Assembly (NCBI GenBank): GCA_963850305.1
Contig: CAWKKR010000008.1
Location: 1,504,001 to 1,568,000 of the forward strand
Direction: 5' to 3'
DNA: 64,000 nt
DNA from: an uncultured delta proteobacterium
GTDB lineage: Bacteria; Myxococcota_A; Polyangia; Polyangiales; Polyangiaceae
Shown one piece after another: positions 31,751-43,580 of this stretch. The notes beneath the pieces are model-generated. The model worked only from the letters and a program-made list of their open reading frames with translations. It made no database searches and was not told where the DNA came from. The translations under genes were made by a program, and so were the position numbers. Numbering within the stretch: position 1 is the stretch's first letter; each line of letters begins with the position of its first letter.

Positions 31751-34700
31751 GTGCCGTCCTTGCGTCATCTCGTGACCGTGCTGGTCGCGCTCGTCCTTTC
31801 AGGCTGCACGACGAGCGGGCTCGATGCGTACTCGTCCGGGCACGACCACCCCTCGCCCGACGGCGGCACGAAGGTCGTGCGCCCCGCTTCATGCTCTGAC
31901 GGCGTCAAGGACGACGGCGAGACGTCAATCGACTGCGGCGGCGGCGTTTGCGCGACATGCGCGACGGGCGAGACGTGCTCGACGAACGCGGATTGCGCGA
32001 CGGGCGCGTGCGGCGACGGCGTTTGCCGCCTGGGCGCGTGCGGCGACGGAAAGGTCGACGGCAACGAGAGCGACGTCGACTGCGGCGGCGGCGCTTGTGC
32101 GACGTGCGCCGACGGCAAGACGTGCGCGCATGCGACGGACTGTACGAGCGGGATCTGCAACGCCGGCACTTGCCAGACCCCGACGTGCAGCGACGGAGCG
32201 AAGAACGGCGCCGAGACCGACGTCGACTGCGGCGGCGGAACCTGCGCGGGCTGCGCCGCAGGCAAGACCTGCAACGTACCGATGGACTGCGCGGCGGGCG
32301 CGTGCGTCGGAGGGGTGTGCCAGGGGTCCGGGTGCTCCGACGGCGTGAAGGACGGCAACGAGACGGACAAGGACTGCGGCGGCGGGAGCTGCCCGCCGTG
32401 CGGCGCCAACGCCGCGTGCCTCTCCGGCGCGGATTGCGCGAGCGACGTGTGCACCAGCGGGATCTGCGCGGCCGCGACGTGCAGCGACGGCGTGAAGAAC
32501 GGCAACGAGACGGACCAGGACTGCGGCGGCTTCTGCGCGCCGTGCGCGCTCGGCAAGGGGTGCAGGTTCGGGGGCGACTGCGCGAGCGCCACCTGCGTCG
32601 ACTCGAAGTGCGCCGCGCCGTCGTGCACCGACGGCATCATGAACGGCACGGAGACGGGGACGGATTGCGGCGGCACCTGCCCCGGCTGCGCCATCGGCCT
32701 CGGGTGCAACGTGGAAGCGGACTGCGTGCCCGGCGCGCGGTGCGTGAGCGACGTGTGCGCGGGACCCTCCTGCACGGATCAGGTGCAAGACGGCGCGGAG
32801 ACCGGCGTCGATTGCGGCGGCACGTGCCATGGCTGCGCGCCCGGCGGCGGTTGCGAGACCAGCTCCGATTGCCAGAGCGGCGTGTGCGGCAACAACGGCC
32901 TGTGCCGCGCGCCGAGCTGCTCGGACGGCATCAAGAACGGCGACGAGACGGACCAGGATTGCGGCGGGAGCTGCCCTCCGTGCGCAGAGGGGCTGTTGTG
33001 CGCCGCCGCAGCGGATTGCGCGTCCGCGGTGTGCGCGGGCAGCGTGTGCTCCGCGCCGACCTGCACGGACCAGACGAAGAACGGCGCGGAGACGGACGTC
33101 GACTGCGGCGGCACGTCGTGCGGGCGCTGCGCGAACGGCAAGGCGTGCGTGCTCGCGAGCGACTGCACGTCGGGCGTCTGCACGGACGGCCTCTGCCAGG
33201 CTCCGACGTGCACGGACACCGTGAAGAACGGGAACGAAACGGACGTGGATTGCGGCGGAAGCTGCGGGCCGTGCTCGACCGGCGAGAAGTGCGCGACCGG
33301 AACCGATTGCACTACGGCGTTCTGCGCGTCGAGCGGCACCTGCGCCGCGCCGGGGTGCGGCGACGGCATCAAGAACGGCACCGAGACGGACAAGGACTGC
33401 GGCGGAGCGAGCTGCCCCGCGTGCGCCGACTACGACAAGTGCGTCGTCGCGGGCGACTGCGTGAGCAAGGATTGCGCGAGCGGCGTCTGCCGGCCCGCCA
33501 CTTGTTCCGACGGGATCGAGAACGGGCTCGAATCCTCCGTCGATTGCGGCGGCGGCACTTGCTCGGCCTGCACCGACGGCGCGACGTGCAACGGACCCGG
33601 CGACTGCACGAGCGACGTGTGCAACGTGACGTGCCAGACCGCGACGTGCTCTGACTTCGTCGAGAACGGCGGGGAGACGGACGTCGATTGCGGCGGTCCG
33701 ATTTGTTCGCCGTGCAGCAGCGGCCAGGCGTGCAAGGCGCCGAGCGACTGCAGGAGCCGCGTGTGCACCGGCTCGGTGTGTCAGACGCCAACGTGCACGG
33801 ACAAGGTGAAGAACGGCAACGAGGCGGACGTCGACTGCGGCCCGGGCTGCGCTCCGTGCTCGGTCGGCGCGACGTGCACGCTCGGCACCGATTGCGCGAG
33901 CGGGTCGTGCGCGGGCGGTACCTGTCAGGTGCCGACCTGCACCGATGGCGTGAAGAACGGCACGGAGACCGACGTCGACTGCGGCGGCACCAGCTGCGGC
34001 CCGTGCGCGACGGGCAAGAGCTGCGGGGCAGCGGGGGATTGCACGAGCAAGGTGTGCACGGTGACGTGTCAGGCTCCGACGTGCACGGACGGCGTGAAGA
34101 ACGGGACGGAGAGCGACGTCGACTGCGGCGGCTCGTGCGCGCCGTGCAGCACCGCCGGCAAGTGCAACGTCGCGACGGACTGCGCGAGCCTCGTGTGCAC
34201 GGCGGGCAAGTGCGTGGCCGCGAGTTGCTCGGACGGTATCAAGAACGGCTCCGAGACGGCGGTGGACTGCGGCGGCAGCGGGGGGTGCGCCAAGTGCGCG
34301 TCCGGCAAGACGTGCCTCGTCGCGGGCGACTGCTCGAGTAACCTCTGCGCGAGCGGCGTTTGCTCGACGGCCTCGTGCAGCGACAGCGTGAAGAACGGCT
34401 CGGAGAGCGACGTCGACTGCGGCGGCTCGTGCCCGAAGTGCGCGACCGGCAAGGTCTGCGGCCAGGCGTCGGACTGCTCGAGCGCGGTGTGCACCTCCGG
34501 AAAGTGCCAGGCGCCGTCGTGCACGGACGGCGTGAAGAACGGCACCGAGGGCGACGTGGACTGCGGCGGCACGTGCGCCGCGTGCGCGCCGAACCGGACG
34601 TGCAATGCCGGCACCGATTGCACGAGCAAGCTCTGCACGTCCGGGACGTGCACGACGCCCTCGTGCACGGACACCGTGCAGAACGGGAACGAGACGGACG

Positions 34701-37700
34701 TCGACTGCGGCGGCACGGCTTGCGGCCCCTGCGCGTCGGGGAAGAAGTGCGTCGCAGCGGGCGATTGCAGCACCGGGGTCTGCACGAGCGGCGTGTGCCA
34801 AACCGCGAGCTGCAGCGACGGCGTGCAGAACGGCGCGGAGACGGACAAGGATTGCGGCGGAGGCACGTGCGGCGCGTGCGCGAACGGCAAGAAGTGCATC
34901 GGCGGGAGCGACTGCACGAGCACCTATTGCTCGGGAGGAGTGTGCACCCAGCCCGGCTGCAACGACGGCGTCAAGAACGGGACCGAGACCGACGTCGACT
35001 GCGGCGGCTCGGCCTGCGCGCCCTGTCCCAACGGCGAAAAGTGCGTCATCGGGACCGACTGCACGAGCTCGAGCTGCCAGGGCAACGTGTGCCAGGCTCC
35101 GACGTGCACGGACGGGATCAAGAACGGCGCGGAGACCGGCGTCGATTGCGGCGCGGGCGCCTGTCCCCTCTGCGGAACCGGGAGCGGCTGCGCGAGCGGC
35201 GTCAACTGCACGAGCGGCGTCTGCGTGACGAGCCTCTGCCAGGCCCCGGCGTGCAACGACGGAGTGAAGAACGGCGCGGAGACGAGCGTCGATTGCGGCG
35301 GCGGGACCTGCCCGGCTTGCGGCCCCGGCAGCGCGTGCGCGGTGGCGGGCGACTGCGCGAGCCTCGTGTGCACGAGCCTCGTGTGCCAGGCCCCCACTTG
35401 CGCCGACGGGATCAAGAACGGCACCGAGTCCGCGACGGACTGCGGCGGCGCGACGTGCGGCGCGTGCTCGAACGGCAAGACTTGTAACTCGGCAACGACT
35501 GCACGAGCAAAGTGTGCAACGTGACGTGCCAGGCGCCCACCTGCTCGGACAAGGTGGAGAACGGGACCGAGACCGGCGTCGACTGCGGCGGACCGAACTG
35601 CGCGAAGTGCGGGAGCGGACAGGGCTGCTCCGGCAACTCGGATTGCCAGAGCGGTCTCTGCTCGTCCGGCGTGTGCCAGGCGCCGGGCTGCTCCGACGGA
35701 ATCAAGAACGGTACCGAGACGGACATCGATTGCGGCGGCACCTGCTCACCCTGCCCGAGCGGGAAGGGGTGCGGCGTGCCCGCGGACTGCCAGAGCGACG
35801 TCTGCACGTCGAGCGTGTGCCAGGCGCCGTCGTGCACGGACGGCGTGAAGAACGGCACCGAATCCGACGTGGACTGCGGCGGCTCGTGCGCCGCGTGCTC
35901 GCTCGGGTCGTCGTGCTCGCTCGGCTCGGATTGCTTCAGCACGACGTGCGCGGGCGGCGTGTGCCGACCGAGGCCCGAGCAAGTGTGCACCGCGCAGCTC
36001 CAGGCTTGCGCCATCACCGACGGCGGGCGCGTCCTGTGCTGGGGCGACGACGGGTACGGCACCCTCGGTTACGGCGCAGAGCGTCGACTATCGCACCGCG
36101 CCGATCTACGTGAACGGGCTCACGGACGCGGTGCAGATTTCCTGCTCGGTGCGCGGCAATCACGTCTGCGCCGCCCGCGCGAACGGCGGGGCCGTGTGCT
36201 GGGGACACAACGGCTCGGGTCAGCTCGGCGACGGCTCGACCGTCGATCGCTACGCGCCCGTCTCGGTGACGGGGCTCACCGGAGTCTCCGAGGTCAGCGC
36301 CGGCTCGGACTTCAGCTGCGCGCTCCTCGCGACGGGCAGCGTTTACTGCTGGGGCGACGGCGCGAACGGGCGGCTCGGGCACGGCAACACGACGAGCAGC
36401 CCGACGCCGGTGCCCGTCGTTGCCGGCGACACGGGATCGGGAAACCTGACGGGCGCGGTGTTCCTCGCGAGCGGCACCGCGCACTCGTGCGCCGTGCTCG
36501 GCTCCGCGGAGAGCGGCCGTGTCGTGTGCTGGGGTTACGGCGCGAACGGGCGGCTCGGCAGCGGCGGAACCGGCGATCAAGCGTCGCCGGGTTTCGTACA
36601 CGGGATCGGCAACGCGGGGACCTGCACGGCGGCGAATCCCTCGGGGTGCTTCTCTAACGCCGTGATGGACGCGGCTGGAGACGACACGACACTCGCGATT
36701 CAAAAGGGTGGAGCCGCGTCGAGCTTCGGCAACAACGTCTATGGAGAGAGCGGCAACGGCTCCGGCGGTAATTTCCCGCTGCGCGTGACCGGCGTGAATG
36801 GCACCGGCACCTTCAACGACGCCGAGTGGGTTCAGATGGGCTGGAACCACGGGTGCGGCGTGAGCCGCTCGGCGGGGGGAGTGTGCTGGGGCGCCGCGAG
36901 CTACGGCAGGCTCGGCGACGCCGCGGGACCCGGCACCAACGAGCCCGCGCCGGTACCCGTCGTGAACGGCGCCACTTACACGCAAATAGACGGCGGCGAC
37001 GAGTTCTCGTGCGGACTTTTGTCCGCGGGCAACGTGCGCTGCTGGGGTCACAACTGGCAAGGTCAGATCGGCGACGGCACCCTGACGGACGAACAGAACC
37101 CGGTCGACGTGTCCGGCGGGCGTAACCTCGTCGCGGGCGACTCGGGCTTCGACCACACGTGCGTCGTGAGCTCGACCGGCGGCGTCTACTGCGCGGGCTG
37201 GAACGCCGACGCGCAGCTCGGCACGAGCGACACGAACGATCGCTGGGGCGTCTCCGCAGTCCAGGGCATCAGCGACGCCACCGACGTCGCGAGCGAGCAG
37301 TACGGGACGTGCGCGCTCCACCAGAGCGGCGGCGTCGCGTGCTGGGGTTACGACGGCGACGGCGAGAACGGCGACGGCACCATCGGCAGTCCCACGGTGC
37401 GCCTGACGACGATCGACGTCGTCGGAGTGACCAACGCCGTGCAGATCTCGGGTGGCGCGCTCCACACGTGTGCCTTGGTCGACCCACCGCCCGTCGGAGA
37501 CGGCGTCACCCAGGTCTGGTGCTGGGGCTCGAACGCTTCCGGTCAGCTCGGCGACGGCACCACGACGAACCGTGCCGACGCCCGTGCAGGTGCACGGCAT
37601 CGGCGGGACGGGGATGCTCGTCGACGCCGTCGCGATCGGCGTCGGATGGTCGCACTCGTGCGCGGTGCGCTCGAACGGCGAGGTCGTATGCTGGGGCGCG

Positions 37701-38309
37701 AACGGCTCCGGTCAGCTCGGCGACAACACGCTCACCGAGCGCATGTACCCGGTGACGGTGAGGGACGTCACGGGTCTCGTGAACCTCGAAGGGATCAAGC
37801 GGCGGCGCGCACGTCATCGACGGCGGCGCGAACTTCACCTGCGCGGTGGCGACGAACGGGTACGCCTACTGCTGGGGCGACGCGACCTACGGCGAGCTCG
37901 GCAACGGCTTCACCGGCGTATCGAAGGTCCCGGTCCAGGTCGTGGGGTACACGGACTTCGTGAAGATCTCCGCGGCGAGCGACACGGCGGGACACGCCTG
38001 CGGAGTGCGCTCCGGGGGACAGGTCGTGTGCTGGGGTTACAACGGCAACGGCGCGCTCGGCGACGAGACCACGACGCAGAGGAACTCACCGGTACTCGTG
38101 CACCTCACCCAGGCGAGCACGTATTACGGCAACGCGGATCTCGACGAGCCCTGCGATCCTGCGTTTCGACGGGCCGCTATCACGCGCTCGCGATCCATCA
38201 GAACGGAACCGCGAGCGCCTGGGGCTACGACGCGAACGGACGTCTCGGCGACGGGTGGATCGCCCAAGAGCTCCTCCCGGTCGCCGTCGGTCAACGGCCG
38301 AAGAACTGA
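31751..38309 (+). CDS. giant lipoprotein: 28 Cys-rich repeats followed by an RCC1-like beta-propeller; five frameshifts
   Basis: LVLSGC lipobox; ~49-aa repeats CxDGxKNGxETDVDCGG with 8 Cys each (to ~35965); then CWGxNxxGQLG RCC1 repeats. Frame changes at ~35490, 36075, 37574, 37800 and 38158. Confidence 0.85.
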
Positions 38310-38398
38310 GCGGCATCGTCGACGGGCGACGCGCAACGGCCGGGCATCAGCCCACGACGATGCCCCCCGTGGCGATCCGGAATCTGGTCGAGAGCGCC

Positions 38399-38582
38399 TT
38401 CGACGGTCGGCCCGGCGTGACGATCACCGCGCCGCTCTCCTCCGCCCGAAACCGCGCCGAGCACCGCCATCTCCCTGGGGCAACGCCCCCATGCCCGTCT
38501 CAAACCCCCCCCCGCGCCCGCCAATCGCTGCCGCCCCAGGCCGTCCTGCGTCGACCGGACCCGGTTCGATTTACCTACGCGC
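38399..38582 (+). mobile_element. IS91/ISCR-like relic: transposase sliver, subterminal segment and oriIS-like end
   Basis: 38399-38440 matches 43362-43403; 38479-38516 matches 43519-43555; 38523-38582 is identical to 56015-56074. Confidence 0.75.
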
Positions 38583-39304
38583 AGACGCACTGCGAATGTG
38601 ACCAATTTTATTGGGCATTGACGACCCCGCTTTCCCCGCTTCGTCGATGTCGGGCTGAAGGCAAACGCGCAGCCCACAGGTGCCGTCGCAGGCGAGAGCC
38701 CGCTGGATCGCCTCCGGCGCTGCACCCGAGGGCGATCACCGTCGCTAGAATGACGAAACCGACGCACCATCGGGTCGTATTCAGCTACTGGTCCGGATCG
38801 AGTCTTCCTTCAGGGAAATCGTTCGGCCACTCACGACGCTGCGCGGCGTCGTCTTTAGTGTCGCTACGGACCCCCATGTTGGCCCTCGAAGTGGCCGTGG
38901 TCGTATTCGAGCGTACCGAATGGCTTCGTCTTCGCGCTACGGCCCCACCGTTCCATTCACGACCGTGCTCGACGGAAGGTCGAACTCGATCGCGAGGTTG
39001 TTGAATGGTGTTCCACAGCGACACGCGCGAAGTATGACCACGGGCGCGACGACCACTGCCGAGACCCACGGGTCGTAGGTGCAAATCGCCCTGAACGAGA
39101 AAGGCCCTGAATCTTCATGGCCTTTCTTCCTCTTCGTTGCGCGGGGGCGATTCACCCGCTGTACCACTCCGTTGAGGAGACCTTTCGGGTTGCGCTAGCG
39201 GTGGGCACATGAAAATCCGTCAGTGCTGGTATTCGCTCTCATGCTCATGCGCGCCGGCGGCGGTTCGTGACCGACGCAGGCCGCTCGCCCCGCAAGCGCC
39301 GCGA

Positions 39305-40126
39305 TCAGCAGTTCCTAAGGACCGTCGGCGTGGCCGCAGTCGTGGGATGCAGGTCCCCACTGGGAGGAGGACGGTCAAGGAAGAGCGCAATGTCCGCGAG
39401 CAGCGATCTGAGAAACCGCGTGTGAGCCGAGTTCTGTGAAACGACAGCATGCAGGTCCAGAACGCCAAGCGCGTCTTTCCCTTGGCGAGTCTCGCGGTAC
39501 CGCGTCGCCTCCGTAGGGTCGAGCAGGTACTGCAAGTACGCCTTCGGATGGTGCTCTCGTCCGGACCTTCGCGCCCAGGATCTTCCCGGCCCCGCTGCCA
39601 AGTACGTTGGGTCCCGAACCATAAAGTACTCAAGATCAGTCCCAGATTGGAGGAGTGGGGAAGCGCCTGTTCCGGCGGCGGCGAGACACGCCGGGTCGCT
39701 GAAGAAGTAGGCTTCGGGCATCGGTGAAAGGAGGTGGAACGACGCACGCTCTGACAGTCTGCGACGTGCTCGCGCACGGCGCTCTTCACTAGGCCAGTGA
39801 GAGGCGACGTGGCGAGCGACCGCCCCTGCGAAGATCGAACACACGGCGTCTGGCTGGAATATGTTGGCAAGTTCGAGGTCTTCGATTGCGATCGCCATGT
39901 CCGCTGCCTGCCCCGAGCGCCCTGGATCAACAGCGGCGACAAGCGCAGCGGCGAACTTATCCACCAACGCGGGGACACTCGCAGCCGGGGCCGCACTCAC
40001 GGGAGAGGACGTGAAGCTGCTAACGCGCTGAGCGACGAAGGTCGCCTCGGGGAACGCTCGCGTGAGGGCTGCCGGCAACGCAACCTTTTCGAGCTCGCCC
40101 GAGACGATCAGCGCGATACACGGCAT
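39305..40126 (-). CDS. TOPRIM-like/DUF4276-like partner of the ABC ATPase
   Basis: LIVSGELE, IEDLE, PMPEAYFFSD, HPKAYL; 13 bp downstream of the ATPase gene. Confidence 0.6.
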   Translation of the reverse strand: MPCIALIVSGELEKVALPAALTRAFPEATFVAQRVSSFTSSPVSAAPAASVPALVDKFAAALVAAVDPGRSGQAADMAIAIEDLELANIFQPDAVCSIFAGAVARHVASHWPSEERRARARRRLSERASFHLLSPMPEAYFFSDPACLAAAGTGASPLLQSGTDLEYFMVRDPTYLAAGPGRSWARRSGREHHPKAYLQYLLDPTEATRYRETRQGKDALGVLDLHAVVSQNSAHTRFLRSLLADIALFLDRPPPSGDLHPTTAATPTVLRNC

Positions 40127-40139
40127 CAAGCCAGCACAG

Positions 40140-41360
40140 CTAGTGACTGGGCTCAGTTGACTGCGCGCCGAATTCGCCGCTCGCGTAGAGATCGCCTAGA
40201 CTGAAGTGCGCCAGCCATTCCGGGTCTCGTAGTTCGTCGATCCTGATGGGTACGGTCTTCGAGCGCGCATCCATGACGAGAAGCCGTGCGGGGTCGTCCC
40301 GAAATTCGTCAAGCAGGATGGGTGAATGAGTCGCAAAGATCGCCGACACTGACTGTTCCGTCGTCCATGCGCGGATGTGATCGAGGAGAGCTCGAATGGC
40401 GTACGGATGAAGCGAGTTTTCGAACTCGTCGATGGCTAGCGCCCCCCCTGGAGGGACACTCGCGACCGCGCTGAGGTGCAGCGCCGCGGTGAGCAAGCCG
40501 TCGGGAGCAAAGTAGGCCCCGATGGATTGAGTCACGCGGGGAATGAAGATTCGGGCAGAAATGGTCTGACCAGCCGACTCGAACTCGATCTCCTCGAACA
40601 AATCGGGAAACGCCGATTTGAGCCCAGCGATCACGAACTCCCACTTCGGGCGCGTCGCGCGCGCGTCACGCCAGTTTCTCAGCACGGACCAGACGTTGGT
40701 GCCGTCGCGGTCCAGCTCGAGGTCGGAGGATATGTTGGAGCCGTTCACCCTTAGCGAACGCAGTAGGTAGCCCCCGTGCATCCGGTAGCTCTTTAGCGGC
40801 GCCAGAATTGGTGCGACGGCCTCGGCAGCCTGCTCCAGAACGAGCTTCATCTCCGGTGATTCCTGATTCCCTCGGGTCCCGAGCTGAAGCTTCGGTGGCG
40901 AGTTGCTCCGCCGCTGCTGCCGAGCCAATTGCTGGAGCAGAACGGCGTGATTCCCGGTTAGTCCTGGTGGAAGCACCGGTTGAGCGGGTGTTGGCGCCAG
41001 AAGAAATTGCTTTTCACCGATTTCGATCCTGTGCGACTGACCGAATTCGGCTCCTCGCGGCCGAAGTTCGAGGCTCCAACGAAACTCCCCTTCGACGACC
41101 TCGAGCAAGGCGAATTCCGCGCCCGGTGATCGCAGATTGACGAGCGTCCCCGGGCCTCCATGCGAATCGACCGCAACCCGAGTGCCTTTTTCGATGGCAT
41201 CCCGGAGGAGGGAGGGGACCTCCAGCAACGTCGTTTTGCCCGAACCGTTGGGACCGACGAGCAACGACACGCCCGGCTCGAGCGACCAGGCTGCGGACGC
41301 CAGCCCGCGGTAGTTCTGAGCGCGAATCGTCAGCGGCACGACCTTGAGTGTAGGCTCCAT
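40140..41360 (-). CDS. AAA_21-type ABC ATPase
   Basis: AQNYRGL, Walker A GPNGSGKT, APDG signature position, Walker B LAIDEFENSLHP, H-loop ATHSP; no TM helices. Confidence 0.9.
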   Translation of the reverse strand: MEPTLKVVPLTIRAQNYRGLASAAWSLEPGVSLLVGPNGSGKTTLLEVPSLLRDAIEKGTRVAVDSHGGPGTLVNLRSPGAEFALLEVVEGEFRWSLELRPRGAEFGQSHRIEIGEKQFLLAPTPAQPVLPPGLTGNHAVLLQQLARQQRRSNSPPKLQLGTRGNQESPEMKLVLEQAAEAVAPILAPLKSYRMHGGYLLRSLRVNGSNISSDLELDRDGTNVWSVLRNWRDARATRPKWEFVIAGLKSAFPDLFEEIEFESAGQTISARIFIPRVTQSIGAYFAPDGLLTAALHLSAVASVPPGGALAIDEFENSLHPYAIRALLDHIRAWTTEQSVSAIFATHSPILLDEFRDDPARLLVMDARSKTVPIRIDELRDPEWLAHFSLGDLYASGEFGAQSTEPSH

Positions 41361-41646
41361 TTGCTCCGTCAACAACACAGACGAAAGCAGGAGCCGTGCC
41401 AGCGTCGGCGGAGGACGGCGGCCGCGGCTGGTTTTAGGCTGAACCAGTCCGCGGCGTTATCGAGACGACCGGAGAGGGCACAGACTTTGGGGGACCGACG
41501 CAGCGAACACGCCGTGCACGGCGCTGAAGCTCGAATGGGACCTGCGCGGTCCGCGGCGATGAGGGCGATCTCGCGCACCCGAGAGTCGTCGGGGGATTCA
41601 TCCGACAGGCCCATGAAGGCGTCCGGAGCTCCGCGGGGGCCGCCGG

Positions 41647-41790
41647 TCACTGAGCCCCGATGGAATCCAGGATCTCGTCCCTAAAACTTTGCGCGACCGG
41701 AGCGCCACGGGCCACCAACACGGCGAGCAACTGCTCGAACGGCACGCGATACGTGTTGTCTGATGAGATCCGCGAGTGCCTCCGCAAGGC
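41647..41790 (-). pseudogene. orphan 3' gene end, paralogous to 42040-42465
   Basis: SDNTYRVPFEQLLAVLVARGAPVAQSFRDEILDSIGAQ*. Confidence 0.65.
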
Positions 41791-42039
41791 GCTGCGCAGC
41801 CGGGTGAAGCAGCCCTGCCGTGCTGCATAGTCCGCGTTCAATTGCTCGCCGTTGTGCCTCGCGCAGCGCCGGGTGCTGGTCTTCCGCTCCGGTGACCGAC
41901 AGAAAATCGCTCTCCGAGTCGCCGAACCGCGCGAGGAGGACCCGCCAAGACGAATCGGTGGCGCGCGGCGGCGCGGAAGCAGTCGTTGCGGGTGTGGGCG
42001 CGAAAGCCCATGTTCCGCCGCGCCCGTCGACGTTGTGAG

Positions 42040-42465
42040 TCACCGAGCCCCGACGGAGTCGAGGACTTCGTCCCTGAAGCTCTGTGCGATCGGAAAGCCG
42101 CGGGCTACCAGGATGGCTAGCAATCGCTCGAACGGGACGCGATACGTGTCGTCTGAGGTGACGCGCCCGTGCTCTCGTTTCCAGGCTGCACGAAGCACGT
42201 CGACCAGCGCGTCCTGTATCGACGTCCTGTCGGACCATGCGCCTTTGCGAAACTGGGCTACCGCATCACTCGTCCAGAGCAGACCGGGGAGCAGAAGTCC
42301 GGCGCCGACATCTCCCGTGATGAATCGGGCGAACCCCTCCACGACCATGGGTATCCGGAACCATCGCTGCGCGGCGCGATTGAAGGTTGGGGCTAGTTCT
42401 GACAGCGTCGAACTCCATTCCGGCCTGCTTGAGAGGGAGTTCTTCGCCCACCTCGGTTGCGCGAG
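42040..42465 (-). pseudogene. orphan C-terminal fragment of a large helical protein
   Basis: ALAQPRW...LAPTFNRAAQRWF...SDDTYRVPFERLLAILVARGFPIAQSFRDEVLDSVGAR*; in-frame stop upstream and no proper start. Confidence 0.65.
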
Positions 42466-43148
42466 TGCTCACATCACCCTCAGGAGATGAGGGCGGGGAT
42501 TTCGGCAGTACTTTGCACTGATCCGGCCTCGGTAGCTTCCTCGTGTCGGGCCCCGGCCGAGGCGCTCCGGCAGTTGCTGCGCGAGGAGTTGCAGGCGATC
42601 AGCGACAGCTACGGTGACGAAGTGCTCGTCAACGGCGACCCGCACAAGCGCCGACCGGGTGCTCGTTGCTGGATCAGAGCAGCTGTCCTCCCGCAGCGAT
42701 GGTGACCCTGACACCGGCGCCCTCTTCGAGCTCTTCGCCCCCTTGCAACCGCAGTCGTGTCCGGTTTCGGGGTCGGCACTCCCATGCTGCTTTACGCCGA
42801 ACGTCTGTGGACTCGACTTTGGAAGCGGCTGCGTCGAGGGGCCGTAGAAGCGACCGTTTGGCCTCCTGGTCCCACGGCTGTCCGAACAGCGCCTCGTAGC
42901 GTCGCCGGCAGTCTTCCGCAACAGCGCGCTCCTGCTCGGGGCGCGTCTTATGACGCCGTACGTCGTCGCGTGTCATTGTGGGATCCACCAGAAGAATTGA
43001 CCCGGCGCTCGCGTCGCCGCAACCTCCCGAATTTGGGGCGAGGTTCAGACGACGACCCATTGCATGCGCTCAGGCCGGGGCCCAGCCTTGGCGTCGGCGG
43101 TTTCTGACTGAGACGGGCACAACAGCAACTGGTCACAGCTTGAGCTCG

Positions 43149-43570
43149 ACCACTGATGTGGCCGATGCGCTCCAGGTCGCTCGCGCCCGCATCCTCGCGT
43201 ACCTCGAGCGGCGCAACGTCATCCGCGTCGACGCTGACGTTCTCCGCGTCGACGACGCCCTCGCGGAGCGCGAGCCAGCGCTCGCCCAGCTCGCGGCCGC
43301 CGCCGTCTCTGGTCTCGCGCCCGCCGGCCCGGAGCTCCGCCGCCGCCCCGTCGAGATTACGTTCGACGGCCGCCCCGGCGTGACGATCACCGCGCCGCTC
43401 TCCGTTCGCGAGCTCGGCTTCAGCCTGCACGCTGCCACGCGCGCCGGGGCCGAAGGACGTTCGGCATCGACGTCGAGACCTGTCCCCGGTGCGGCGGTCG
43501 CATGCGCCTCCTCGCCCTGGCAACGCCCCCATGCCCGTCTCAAACCCCCCCCGCGTGCTCGGGGGGCGTT
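43149..43570 (+). mobile_element. internally deleted IS91-family (rolling-circle) transposase remnant
   Basis: TTDVADALQ...LGFSLHAATR jumps to TFGIDVETCPRCGGRMRLLAL in another frame. Both motifs are typical of IS91/ISCR transposases; the Tyr motif expected between them is missing. Confidence 0.8.
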
Positions 43571-43580
43571 CCAATCCCGG

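Noticed and set aside
38583..39300. Possible genes in lower-GC DNA after the ori-like end (also 42470-43140 and 30190-30380)
   Set aside because: Only short interrupted frames with no identifiable family; treated as debris.
41647..42190. Diversity-generating retroelement TR/VR pair
   Set aside because: The differences include many non-adenine synonymous changes (GTG/GTC, TTT/TTC), and no reverse transcriptase is in the window.
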